This document shows positions 9,397 through 19,122 of a stretch of 64,000 nucleotides of DNA, in pieces. The DNA is from an uncultured Alphaproteobacteria bacterium. GTDB lineage: Bacteria > Pseudomonadota > Alphaproteobacteria > Rhodobacterales > Rhodobacteraceae. The notes below the pieces were generated by a model. That model did not search any database. It was not told where the DNA came from and saw only the letters and a list, made by a program, of their open reading frames with translations. The stretch's first letter is position 1; every line of letters starts with the position of its first letter. Made by a program: the position numbers and the translations under genes. Location: positions 1,536 through 65,535 of the forward strand of contig CAVYHT010000026.1 of NCBI GenBank assembly GCA_963768355.1, written 5' to 3'.

Positions 9397-12118
9397 CTAT
9401 TTCGGCAGCGCTGGTTCATCCCACTGCGCTGTCATCTTGCGCACGATCCACGCAAGGCCCGCCAGCGACAGGCCGAGCCCGAGGAATGACGCGACACGGT
9501 AGAGGCCGGCGAGGCCCGACATATCGACCAGAAAGACCTTGGCGATGGTCAGGGTGACGCCCGCCACCGCGACCTGCCGCAGAAGGTGCGAGCGGCGCCA
9601 GAAGGCGATGAACAGCAGAGCCACCGAGGCAAGCAGGAGGGCAACGGTGTAGCTGTAAAGCTCGCCCTCGAGGACGCCGGGCGCCGAGATGTCGCGGCCA
9701 TGCCAGAGGCGGCGGATTTCAAGGCCGGTGTAGCTGGCGGCGAAGAGCGCGGCGAGGATGCCGGAGGCCATGCGCAACGCTCGGGGCAGGTGCGTGAAGC
9801 GCCAGGCGATGTACGCCAGCGGCAGCGCCGGAAGCAGATAGGCGACCAGAATGCTGTCGAAGACCAGCGGGCCGGTGACGGGGTTACCGTAGCCGAGCGG
9901 GCTGGCGAAGGTCACGGCGAGGCCGATCAGGACAAGGGCGACAAGGCCGAAGATGATCGCCAGCACGATGCGGACCCAGCGCAAGGGGCCGCCCGCGCGC
10001 AGGCGGTAAAGCTGGTTCGCCATCGAAATCAGCCAGACGAGGCCTTGCAGGCTGATCACGGCATGGCTGTTGGCGTCGGGGCCGGTCCATTTGTAGATCA
10101 GCACATTGGCAAGCAGCGCAAGCGCCACCCAGGCCGCCGATTCGGCGGTGGTTTCGGCGTCGGTGCGAACGCGCGCGCGCAACGTGAAGGCCGTGGCCGC
10201 TAGTAGGGCGGCGGAACCTAGATAGGCCAGCAGGGCCTCCCAAAGCGGCGCATCGCCGGCCCAGATCAGGCCGGGATCGATTATCAGCCGCCAGGCGATG
10301 ACGGCCGCACCTGCATGGACCAGCAGCGTGACGGGGCGCAGGTTCAGCCGTTGGTCGATCAGCGCCGCACCTAGGACCATGCCGCCAAGCGCCAGCGTCA
10401 GGGCGGTCGAGGACAGCACAAGGATCAGCGCCATCGAGATCATCGTCAGCGCCGCAAGTGCGTATAGCGCGGTGCGGCGGCGCTCTTCGCCATCGCGCCG
10501 CGCGGTCTGGCTGGCAAACAGCACCATCGCGGCGGCTACAATCATCGCGTGACCGGCCCACCAGCCCGCGCCGAGCATGCGCGTCGGCGACCATGTCAGT
10601 TCCAGCAGGATCAGGGTTGCGGGGGCGAAAAGTGCCGCCCCGGCCGACCACATGATCGCGCGGGGGCCGGGAAAGAGGCCGCGCCAGTGCGCCAGCGCCG
10701 ATCCGGCCAGCGCCATGGCGGCGAGGACGGTCGCCTCGGTCGGGCGGGCGGCCTCTGGTTGCCAGATGCACAGAGTCGGTGAAGCTGCGGAAGATCGAGC
10801 CGTATGAAAGGGCCTGATCGGCCGCCACCAGCAGGAACAGGACCGGCGGGATCAGCGCAAGATCGTCAAGTGCAGGCGCGCAGCGGGCCCAGACCGTGGC
10901 GGCGAGGTACAGGAGCGCGAGGGTGAAGAGCGCCAACCAAAGCTCTGCCCGACCGGCATCCTTGAGCGCAACCATCAGCGCCGCGGCAGAGGCGGCGGCG
11001 AAGCTGGCGAAGGCCAGTCGCGTCGGAAAACCCGGCCAGTCCGGCTTTTGCTTGCCGGGGAGCGTGGTGAGGCGATTGACGGCGCTGAGGACCGAGGGGC
11101 CGTCATGGCTTGGGCGAAGCGACAGCGGCGGGACGGTGACCGCCAGTGCGGTGGCGATCAGTGCGAAGGCGAGGAAATGCGCGTCGCCTGCCCCGCCTGC
11201 AAACAGCATCCACGACGCGGTGAAGGTGAAGATCAGCGCGAACGCCGAGACCCAGGCCCAGCGTTTCAGCGCATCGACGGCAAGACCCGCGGCGGCGATC
11301 AGGGCGAAGTAGTAGTAGAAAAGTTCCGGTGTGTCGCTTTGGCCGCCAACAAGGAAGGGCGCGGCGGTTGAACCAAGGATGCCGACGACGGTCAGGAATG
11401 GCCCGTAGAACCAGCCAAGGACCACCGCGACGGCGGCCACGCCAATCAGCCATATCAACGCGCCGCCGGGGGTAATCAGGCCATAAAGGTGATGCGCGGA
11501 CAGCACTGCGGCAAACAGAGCGACCAAACCGGCACCCGAGAAGGTCGACGGCAGGTAAGCGGTGCTGGCCGACCCGCCATCACCAGCACGCCGCCGCACG
11601 ACTTCACCAAACCAGATCAGCGCGATGCCAAGGCAGGCGGCGCTGATGACGCGCCAGAACGGTGTGATGACGCCGTGTTCGACGCCGTATTGCACCAGAA
11701 ACACACCGGCCAGCGCCAGCGACAGGGCGGCGATGGCAAGGAACCAGTTGGCGCGCAGCCATGCCACGGAGTTGTCCAGGGTCTCGGCGCGAAACACGAA
11801 GGCGCGGGGTTCGCTGCGGAGCGGGACCCGGTCGGACCCGGTCGAGGGGGGAGGCGGCGCAGCCTCTGCGGTGGATTTGGCGGCAACCCATGGGCTGTCC
11901 GCCGTGCTGGCTGCGGCGGCGCGCGCATGGGCGACGGCCGGGGCCTTGGGCGTCTCGGCTGGCTTTGACTCCAGCTTTCGCACAAGATCCTCTGCGGTCT
12001 GGTCCAGTTGGCTTCGCAATGCATCGATGCGTCGGTCAAGCTCTTTCATCCGGCCGCGCATGGCGATGAAAGCACCCCCGAGGATTATGACGCCCAATAG
12101 TGCAAGAATGCCTGCCAT
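9397..12118 (-). CDS. DUF2339-type large polytopic membrane protein (one frameshift near 10740)
   Basis: ATG at 12118 (MAGILALLGVIILGGAFIAMRGRMKELDRRIDALRSQLDQ...), then a Pro/Ala linker and many TM segments. It continues in ORF 9397..10716. The architecture matches DUF2339 as I recall it. Confidence 0.7.
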
Positions 12119-12326
12119 GCCACTGTCCTGAATGCGTTTGTTTTTTGCGGCGAAGCCTATCCGTGCGGCCGGCCTGCGGCAAGGGGACTTGCTATGCGCA
12201 TTCCGAGTCGGCCGGACGTATGACGAAGCGGATGCTGGGACAGGAGGTCTCACTCCGGCGGGCGATGTTGGATCTCCGCCAAGACCGCGGCGCTGGCCGG
12301 TTTGGGTTGGCGGTACGAAGGGCGGG

Positions 12327-13328
12327 CTAGGTCTTTCCCTGCCCGAAAAGCCCGGTCAGTGCCCGCTGAACGAGGCTGGTCACGCCGGGGCGTTTGAGGC
12401 GGGCGAAGGGTAGCGGGCGGCAGACCTCGATCGCGGCGATACCTACACGAGCGGTGAGCGCACCGTTGATCACACCCTCGCCAAAGCGGCGCGAGACCTT
12501 TGAAAGCATGCCCCCGCCTGCGACCGAACCGATCAGATCATCACCCACTGCAACGGCTCCGGTCGCAACAAGATGAGTCAGCACGGTGCGGGTCAGCCGC
12601 CAACTGCCGAGGGTTCCCGAGCGGCCGCCGTAGATTTCGGCGATGCGGCGGATCATGCGGATATTGGCGGTCAGCGCGGTCACGACATCGGCCAGCGCCA
12701 AGGGGACGATGGCGGTGACAGTGGCAACCTGACGGGCGGCGGCCTCGACCTCTCGCCGCGCGGCGGCGTCGAGGGGCCCGAGGAGTTCGGTTTCGACGAG
12801 GCCCAGAAGGCCATCGGCGTCGAAGACATCGCCCTGCCGCTCTGACAGGCGTTCAAGCGGCCATTTCATGTCGTCGCGGCCCTTGTAGAGGCCGGCAATC
12901 TGACCAGTTACGCAGCGCGCGGCGGCAAGATCACCGATTACGATGGCGGCCTCGGCGGCGCGGTGGACATCGTCGAGGCGTTTGAGGCGCGCGAAGGCGG
13001 ACCATTCGCGCAGGATGATGCCAAGGCAGACCAGCAGGAACGCGCCCAGCAGGCCCATCGCGGCATAGCCGAGCACTTGGTTGCGGGCGATCAGACCGGT
13101 GACGAAATCCCAGGCCCAGAGCGACAGCGCGAAGGTGACGATGGCCCCCAGTAGCCGCCAGAACCAGCGGGCGAGGCGCGAGGGCGGGCGGGCAGCGAGG
13201 GTTGCCACCGTCTGCATGGCGCGACCCGTGGGGCGATCGGAGATATCGGGAACCGGTGGCGCACTGGCGGGCGTCGCCTTTGGCGCCTCGTCGAGTTCGA
13301 TCAGAACAGGGCCGCGTTTGTCACTCAT
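12327..13328 (-). CDS. ycjF: YcjF family membrane protein (UPF0283/DUF697)
   Basis: Intact 333-aa ORF with two central TM helices (WFWRLLGAIVTFALSLWAWDF..; VLGYAAMGLLGAFLLVCLGIIL) and a conserved C-terminal ..GEGVINGALTARVGIAAIEVCRPLPF. Confidence 0.8.
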   Translation of the reverse strand: MSDKRGPVLIELDEAPKATPASAPPVPDISDRPTGRAMQTVATLAARPPSRLARWFWRLLGAIVTFALSLWAWDFVTGLIARNQVLGYAAMGLLGAFLLVCLGIILREWSAFARLKRLDDVHRAAEAAIVIGDLAAARCVTGQIAGLYKGRDDMKWPLERLSERQGDVFDADGLLGLVETELLGPLDAAARREVEAAARQVATVTAIVPLALADVVTALTANIRMIRRIAEIYGGRSGTLGSWRLTRTVLTHLVATGAVAVGDDLIGSVAGGGMLSKVSRRFGEGVINGALTARVGIAAIEVCRPLPFARLKRPGVTSLVQRALTGLFGQGKT

Positions 13329-13772
13329 GCCATTCCCCTTGCCCAGACCAGATGCACATCAGGCAGGGTCTCGTCATTGCCTTCGCCATTGGTCAGGCGG
13401 TTCTGGTAAAAACCCTGCCGCGCATAGAAGCGGCGGGCCGCCGTGTTGGCCTGAAAGGTCCAGAGATCAAGCCGCCGGTGGCGCGCCTTGGCGTGGTCCA
13501 GAAGGTGCCGCCCGATCCCCCGCCCGCGCGCAGATGGCGCGAGGTAAAGCGAATGGACGGTCGCCGCACCGAACCGCAATGAAACCTATGGTATGGCGGC
13601 AATGCCGGGCCACGGTGACCTCGGTGCGGTCGAGCAGCAGACGGGCATTGGCGCGGAGTTGCCTTTGATCGTTGAGTCTTGGCATCCAGTCGGCCTCATC
13701 GCTCCAGCCGCCCAGAATGGTGGCGATCGGGCCGGCGTCGCGCCGTGCGGCAGGGGCGAGCGAAACATTCAC
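13325..13772 (-). CDS. GNAT family N-acetyltransferase (one frameshift)
   Basis: ORF 13467..13772 gives the N-half. ORF 13325..13579 carries ..LYLAPSARGRGIGRHLLDHAK......LWTFQANTAARRFYARQGF (acetyl-CoA motif A). Its ATG overlaps the ycjX stop and its stop overlaps the ycjF ATG (ATGA in both cases). Confidence 0.75.
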
Positions 13773-15216
13773 AGCCGATCCCCCAGGAGGAATTCAGCGG
13801 CCTTGTCGAGCCGGATATGCGGCGGGCCTTCACCGGGTTTCAGCGTCAGGCGGGCGGGTGCGAAGCTCATGATCTGGTAGTCCTGATCGAGCCATTTCTC
13901 GGCCCCCTCGCGGGCAGGGCCAAGAAGATGCGCGGGGTCTTCCGGCAGTTCGCCGGGATAGAACGCGGCCTGCTTGCCGCTGCTCAACGTGCCGCGCACG
14001 CAATCAAGCGGATGGCCCTTGTGGTCGAGGGTTTCCTCGACCGTAGCGCGCAACGCGGCAATCGACATCGCGGCGGTTTCGGCGCCCGAGAAATCGGCGC
14101 GGGATTTGGCGTCTTTCACCAGCGCTTCCATGATCGCGGTCAGGCGCGGGTGCTGGCTGTGATGCAGATGATCGGCCTTGGTGGCGGCGAAGAGGATTTT
14201 CTCGACCCGTTTGCCAAGGAAAAGCTGACTGAGGAAGGCGTTGCGACCCGGACGGAACGCACCGAGGATCTCGGCCATGGCGCGGCGCAGATCCTCGGTC
14301 GCTTTCGGCCCGGCATGGATTGCGCCCAGCGCATCGACCAGCACGATCTGCCGGTCGATCCGGGCGAAATGATCGCGGAAGAAGGGTTTGACGACTTCGC
14401 GTTTGTAAGCCTCGTAGCGCCGCTCCATCTCGCGCCACAGCGTGCCACGACGGGTCTGGTCGGGCTTGCGGCAACGGCGCGAAGGTCAGGACCGGCGAAC
14501 CGGCGAGATCGCCGGGCAGCAGGAATCGGCCCGGCGTGCAGTCGGAATAACCGGCGTCACGGGCAGCCGTCAAGATAGCCGGCGAAGGCGGCGGCAAGGG
14601 CCTTGGCGGTCGGCTCGTCGAGTTTGGCCTTGGGATCAGTGGCATTGGCGAGGGTCAGAAAATCGTCACCCAAGTCGCGACTTTCGAGCCGCTGCAACGT
14701 GTCGGCAGACCAGTCGGTGTAGCTTCTTTCGAGAAGAGCCAGATCAAGCAGCCACTCGCCGGGATAGTCGATGATATCGAGATGCAGGGTGCGTGGACCG
14801 GAAACATAGCCCATCAGGCCCGAAGGCTGGACCCGCAGCGACAGACGGAGTTCGCTGACCGCGCGGGTCGAGTCCGGCCAATGCGGATCAGCCGAGGTCA
14901 GCGCACCCAGATGCGCCTCATAGTCAAAACGCGGCACGGTATCGTCCGGCTGCGGTTGCAGATAAGCGGTGCGGATGCGGCCGTTGGCAGCGGCAACAAG
15001 CTGCGGCATCCGGCCCCGGTCGATCAGGTTGGCGACGAGAGAGGTGATGAACACGGTCTTGCCAGCCCGCGAAAGGCCGGTAACGCCGAGCCGGATGACC
15101 GGTTCGAAAAACGCCTCGCTGACCGTGCTTTGCGCGGTCTCGACGCCGCGCGTCAGCCGGTCTGCGATTTCACTGAATACCAAATCACCTGCCCTCACTA
15201 CCCTCCACAAGAACAT
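13769..15216 (-). CDS. ycjX: YcjX-like P-loop NTPase (DUF463), two frameshifts
   Basis: ORF 14557..15216 has ..IRLGVTGLSRAGKTVFITSLVANL.. (Walker A) and ..HLDIIDYPGEWLLD. The middle piece lies in ORF 14004..14645. The C-half is ORF 13769..14428 (..IVLVDALGAIHAG....ILFAATKADHLHH..). Confidence 0.85.
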
Positions 15217-15284
15217 AGGCGGGGGCAGCGCGGATCGCTAGGGGGCTGATTGCCAAGCCCTGCCCCGCACGCTAAGCCGCGCCT

Positions 15285-16053
15285 ATGCCCCGCTATGCGC
15301 TCAAGATCGAATATGACGGAGGTCCGTTTGTCGGCTGGCAGCGGCAGAAAGATCATGCCTCGGTGCAGCAGGTCGTCGAAGAGGCCTTGCGGCGGCTGGA
15401 CCCGGATGTTCGCTCGATCTCGGCCGCGGGCCGGACGGATGCCGGTGTGCACGCATTGGGCCAGATTGCGCATTGCGACATGGTCAGGGATTGGGATCCG
15501 TTTCGGTTGTCAGAGGCGCTGAACTATCATCTGAAGCCGCAACCGGTCGCGGTGGTGGCTGTGGCTGCGGTGGACAACAGTTTTCACGCGCGGTTCTCTG
15601 CTGTCGAGCGGCGGTATCTGTTCCGGCTGGTCTCTCGCCGTGCGCCGGTGGTGCAGGATCGCGGCTGGGTCTGGCAAGTGGGTCATGCGCTGGATCTGGC
15701 AGCGATGCAGGAAGCGGCGGCACATCTTCTGGGGCAACACGATTTCACGACATTCCGGTCCTCTGAATGTCAGGCGGAAAGCCCGGTGAAGACGCTGGAC
15801 GCGCTTGACATCGAAGAGTTGGTCTATCCCTGCCGGCTGCGAATTCCGGTTTCGCGTTCGGGCGCGGAGCTTTCTGCACAATCAGGTGCGCAGTTTCGTC
15901 GGCACGCTGGAGCGTGTCGGCGCCGGCGCCTGGGCGCCTGTCGACGTGCGCAAGGCGCTGGAGGCGCGCGATCGCTCCGCCTGCGGGCCGGTCTGTCCGC
16001 CGCAGGGTCTCTATCTCGCGGAGGTCCGCTACAAGGTCGATCCTTTTGCCTGA
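15285..16053 (+). CDS. truA: tRNA pseudouridine(38-40) synthase TruA (one frameshift near 15830)
   Basis: [21 protein letters not shown]....[19 protein letters not shown].. (catalytic Asp motif GRTDAGVHA). The C-terminus is in ORF 15805..16053 (..[26 protein letters not shown]). Confidence 0.9.
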
Positions 16054-16220
16054 TCCGATCCAGTTTTCATCAATGGAAACAGTGAGTTTCCTGAATTAAC
16101 CTTTGATATCCAGGAATAAGGCGGAGTGACCCGGCGTCATTTGGCAAAGGTCCATATTGCGCCATGTTTGTGCCCAGAATCATTGGAAGAAGGGATTAAC
16201 AAGAAGCTGGAGAAACGCAG

Positions 16221-16367
16221 ATGGAATTCACGACCCTCACCTTCGACCAGATCGCCTTGGCCGCAATGGCCTGTATCGCCCTGCGCGAAGCGATGATCGT
16301 GTTCCTTCCCGATGACATCGCCGGACCCGGCGGCTGGCTGATCGATACCGGCGAGGAAGAAGTCTGA
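16221..16367 (+). CDS. putative small protein (48 aa), hypothetical
   Basis: My translation is MEFTTLTFDQIALAAMACIALREAMIVFLPDDIAGPGGWLIDTGEEEV. GGAGAA lies 6 nt upstream of the ATG and a hairpin terminator follows about 60 nt downstream. No homology evidence. Confidence 0.3.
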   Translation: MEFTTLTFDQIALAAMACIALREAMIVFLPDDIAGPGGWLIDTGEEEV

Positions 16368-16428
16368 GCTATCTCGCCTGCCGCGTCCGAACACTCGGGG
16401 GCGCTAAACCGGAATTTTCGCTGAATGG

Positions 16429-16450
16429 CCCGGCCGTCTGGCCGGGTTTT
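16429..16450 (+). terminator. rho-independent terminator candidate
   Basis: CCCGGCC-GTCT-GGCCGGG (7-bp GC stem) followed by TTTTCAATT. Confidence 0.5.
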
Positions 16451-16651
16451 CAATTGAATGATCTCACATACAGAGCAAGATGGCCCGCGACCGAACCAAT
16501 ATCCGCCTTATGGTCGGAGGAATTCTGATGCGTGTGTTCCTTGTGAAGTCATCTCGCTTCAGTCGAGGTACATCGTGCCGGCCAGTTATTGCGCCTCACT
16601 TCGCGAGGCGCGGTGCGCTCCGCGCGGGGATATTTTCAAGACAATGAAAGG

Positions 16652-17553
16652 CTATTCGAGGCGGGCCGGGAAGCCCGCTGCACGCAGGTCGGTTTGGAGC
16701 ACATCTTCGAGTAATTTGACGATTTGCGTGGATTGCGCCTGACCGCCATAAGCGGCGCGGCCTTTGACGAAAGTCTGGTTGGTCAGGCCCGCCAGATCCA
16801 ACGGCACTTCGAATTCACGGCCAAAACCCATCGCGAAGCCAAGGTCTTTCAACGCGAGATCCATGGTGAAGGCGATATCGTAGCTGCCGTTCAGGATCAG
16901 CTGGCCCTCGGTTTCATGGACGAAACTGGAGCCGGACGACGCCGCGATGGCCTTCCAGGCTTGTGCGAGGTCGAGGCCGCCCTTTTTGGCCAGCATCAGC
17001 GCCTCGCCATCGGCGACGAGGTGGATGAAGGCCAGCATGTTGGTGATCACCTTGATGATCGCGGCGGAGCCCAAGCGGGCCCATATGGAAGATCTGGCCG
17101 CCCATCGCCTCTAGGGCCGGGTTGATGCAGCTCGAAGAGGTCCTTGTCGCCTCCGGCGAGCACGGTGATCTTGCCTTGCGCGGCGAGGTGGACTCCGCCG
17201 GTGACCGGGGCTTCCATTACGCGGACGCCCTTGGTTTCGGCTATTTTGGCGAGGCGCAGAATATCGTCGCGGCCAAGGGTGGAGGTTTCGATCCAAGTGG
17301 TGCCGGGTTTCAGCGTGGTCAGAACTTCGGTGAGGACCGCCTCTGACACCGTCGGGGACGGCAAACAGGTGATGACGGCATCGCATTCGGCGGCAAGTGT
17401 TGCGGGACTGTCGGCCCATCTGCCACCAGCGGCGACGTGGCGGTCGGCCAGGGTCTTATCGCGATCATGGACGGTGATCTCGAAGCCTGCGCGCAAGAGC
17501 GAGGCGGCGAGGTGGCCACCAAGATTGCCGAGGCCGATATATCCGTATCGCAT
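16652..17553 (-). CDS. NAD(P)-dependent oxidoreductase, 3-hydroxyisobutyrate dehydrogenase family (two frameshifts)
   Basis: MRYGYIGLGNLGGHLAASLLRAGFEITVHDRD (Rossmann GxGxxG) in ORF 17047..17553. MGGQIFHMGPLG is in ORF 16914..17105. SAAIIKVITNMLAFIHLVADGEALMLAKKGGLD.. is in ORF 16652..17074. Confidence 0.8.
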
Positions 17554-17562
17554 GGGTTTACC

Positions 17563-19107
17563 TTAGAAATGGATGTTGTATTTGGCGCGAATCGCGCGGT
17601 CGGTGGCGGGATCGATCAGCGGCGTCCATTCGGCAAGGATTTTCGCCATCCGCTCTCGTGCGCGAGGCAGAAGCTCGGGCTTGCCGACCTCGGCCCATTC
17701 CTTGGGCGACAAGCGGTCGGCGACGGCGGGATAGATATACTCCGTCTGCATCAACGACAGCGTCTGGTCAGAGCCGAGGTAATGGCCGGGGCCACCCAGG
17801 CACACCGCCTTCATCGCCTCGATGCTGACGCGTGTCCTCGGTCACGTCGATGCCGCGCACACAGCGCAACAGCCTGACCCGAACAGGTCGTCGCCGAGTA
17901 CCAGCGATTCCATGCAGAAGCCCAGCAGCGAGGCATGCATGCCGACCGCCTCGTAGACCATGTTGAGGCCGGAGAGACCGGCCAGGACATTCGAGATCGC
18001 CTGTTCCCAACCCGCCTGCATGTCGGGCATCTTGGCATCGGCAATACCTGCCGCAGCGCCACCCGGCAGCCCGTAGAACTGATGCATCTGCGCGCAGCCT
18101 GCCGTCAGCAGCGCCTGTTCGCCGGAGCCGCCGGACATCGCGCCGGAGCGCAGATCGGAGACGAACGGCCAGGTGCCGAAGATCGCCGGATGGCCCGGTG
18201 CCATGGCGTTGACATAGACGACGCCCATCAGGCATTCGGCGACGGCCTGCACGATGGCGAGCGCAAGCGGTGCCGGCGCGGTGGCGCCCGCCTGGCCGGC
18301 CGACAGCAGCAGCACCGGCATGCCGGCGCGGATGCAATGCTCCATCGTTTCGCAGCTTTCCTCGGCGAACTTCATCGGCGGCACGACGAAGCAGTTGGAA
18401 TTCGAGACGAAGGGGCGCGCGCGCCATGTCGCCTCGTCCGCCGGCGATCATGTGGATCAGTTCCATGCAGCCCGCGACGTGGTGCGGTTCGGAAAAGCTG
18501 GTGCCGATATGCTTGGTCGTGCCCGCGACAGAGCCGTAGAGCGTGTTGATATCCATGTCGAAATTGTCGGTCACATCGCGGCAGACCATCGGACGCTGGA
18601 AGAAATGCACATTGTCGAGGTGCTGGACCAGCTTTGCGGCCATATGCAGATCCTGCGGCGGTGGATTCGCGGTATTCGTTCTTCTCGGCATCGACGATAT
18701 GCACGGCCGCGCCCGCCGTGCCGTAATGCACGCGGGTGCCAGAAAGGTGCAGGTCATGCGCCGGGATCGCGGCCACAAAGCGTCAGATCGCGGCAGGCGA
18801 CGGCCAGCATGTCCTCGACCAGCGCACGCGGGACGCGGATGCGGCGATCCTCGCCCATGATGCAGCCCGCATCGGTCAGGATCTTCTCGCCGGTTGGCGG
18901 GACCGAGCCGAAGCCGATCGTTTCTAGCGCGTCAAGCGCGGCTTCGTGGATGCGTTGCACTGAGGCATCGGACAGCGGCTTGTACTGCCCGCCCTCAAGC
19001 CCGGCGCGGACCGGGCGCTTGTCCTTGGCCAGAGGGGCAGAGCGAAGCGCCTTGCGGGCTTCTCGGCCACCGGAGCGGCGGGATTTCGGTTCGGGTTCAG
19101 CGTTCAT
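17563..19107 (-). CDS. MttB-superfamily (trimethylamine methyltransferase-like, non-pyrrolysine) protein; at least 5 frameshifts
   Basis: The pieces are in ORFs 18754..19107, 18372..18776, 17768..18778, 17842..18384 and 17563..17814. Stitched together they read ..GTRVHYGTAGAAVHIVD..., ..SNSNCFVVPPMKFAEESCETMEHCIRAGMPVLLLSAGQAGATAP.., ..LGGPGHYLGSDQTL... The breaks are frame changes and TGA codons, not in-frame TAG. Confidence 0.8.
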
Positions 19108-19122
19108 CTGGACAACTCCCGG

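Noticed and set aside
12119-12326. Possible promoter or terminator structure between ycjF and the DUF2339 gene
   Set aside because: I could not find a convincing hairpin with a U-tract or a sigma70-like -35/-10 pair by eye, so it is left unannotated.
16458-16742. 94-aa + strand ORF in the AT-richer gap
   Set aside because: It overlaps the 3' end of the well-supported minus-strand reductase gene, has no RBS or recognisable motif, and has an odd composition. Probably non-coding.
17563-19107. Possible in-frame amber (pyrrolysine) codon in the MttB homolog
   Set aside because: The interruptions I could trace are frame changes and a TGA (18754-18756), not an in-frame TAG at the position used by Pyl-containing MttB. 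The protein looks like the non-Pyl branch, and no pyl genes are present in the window.
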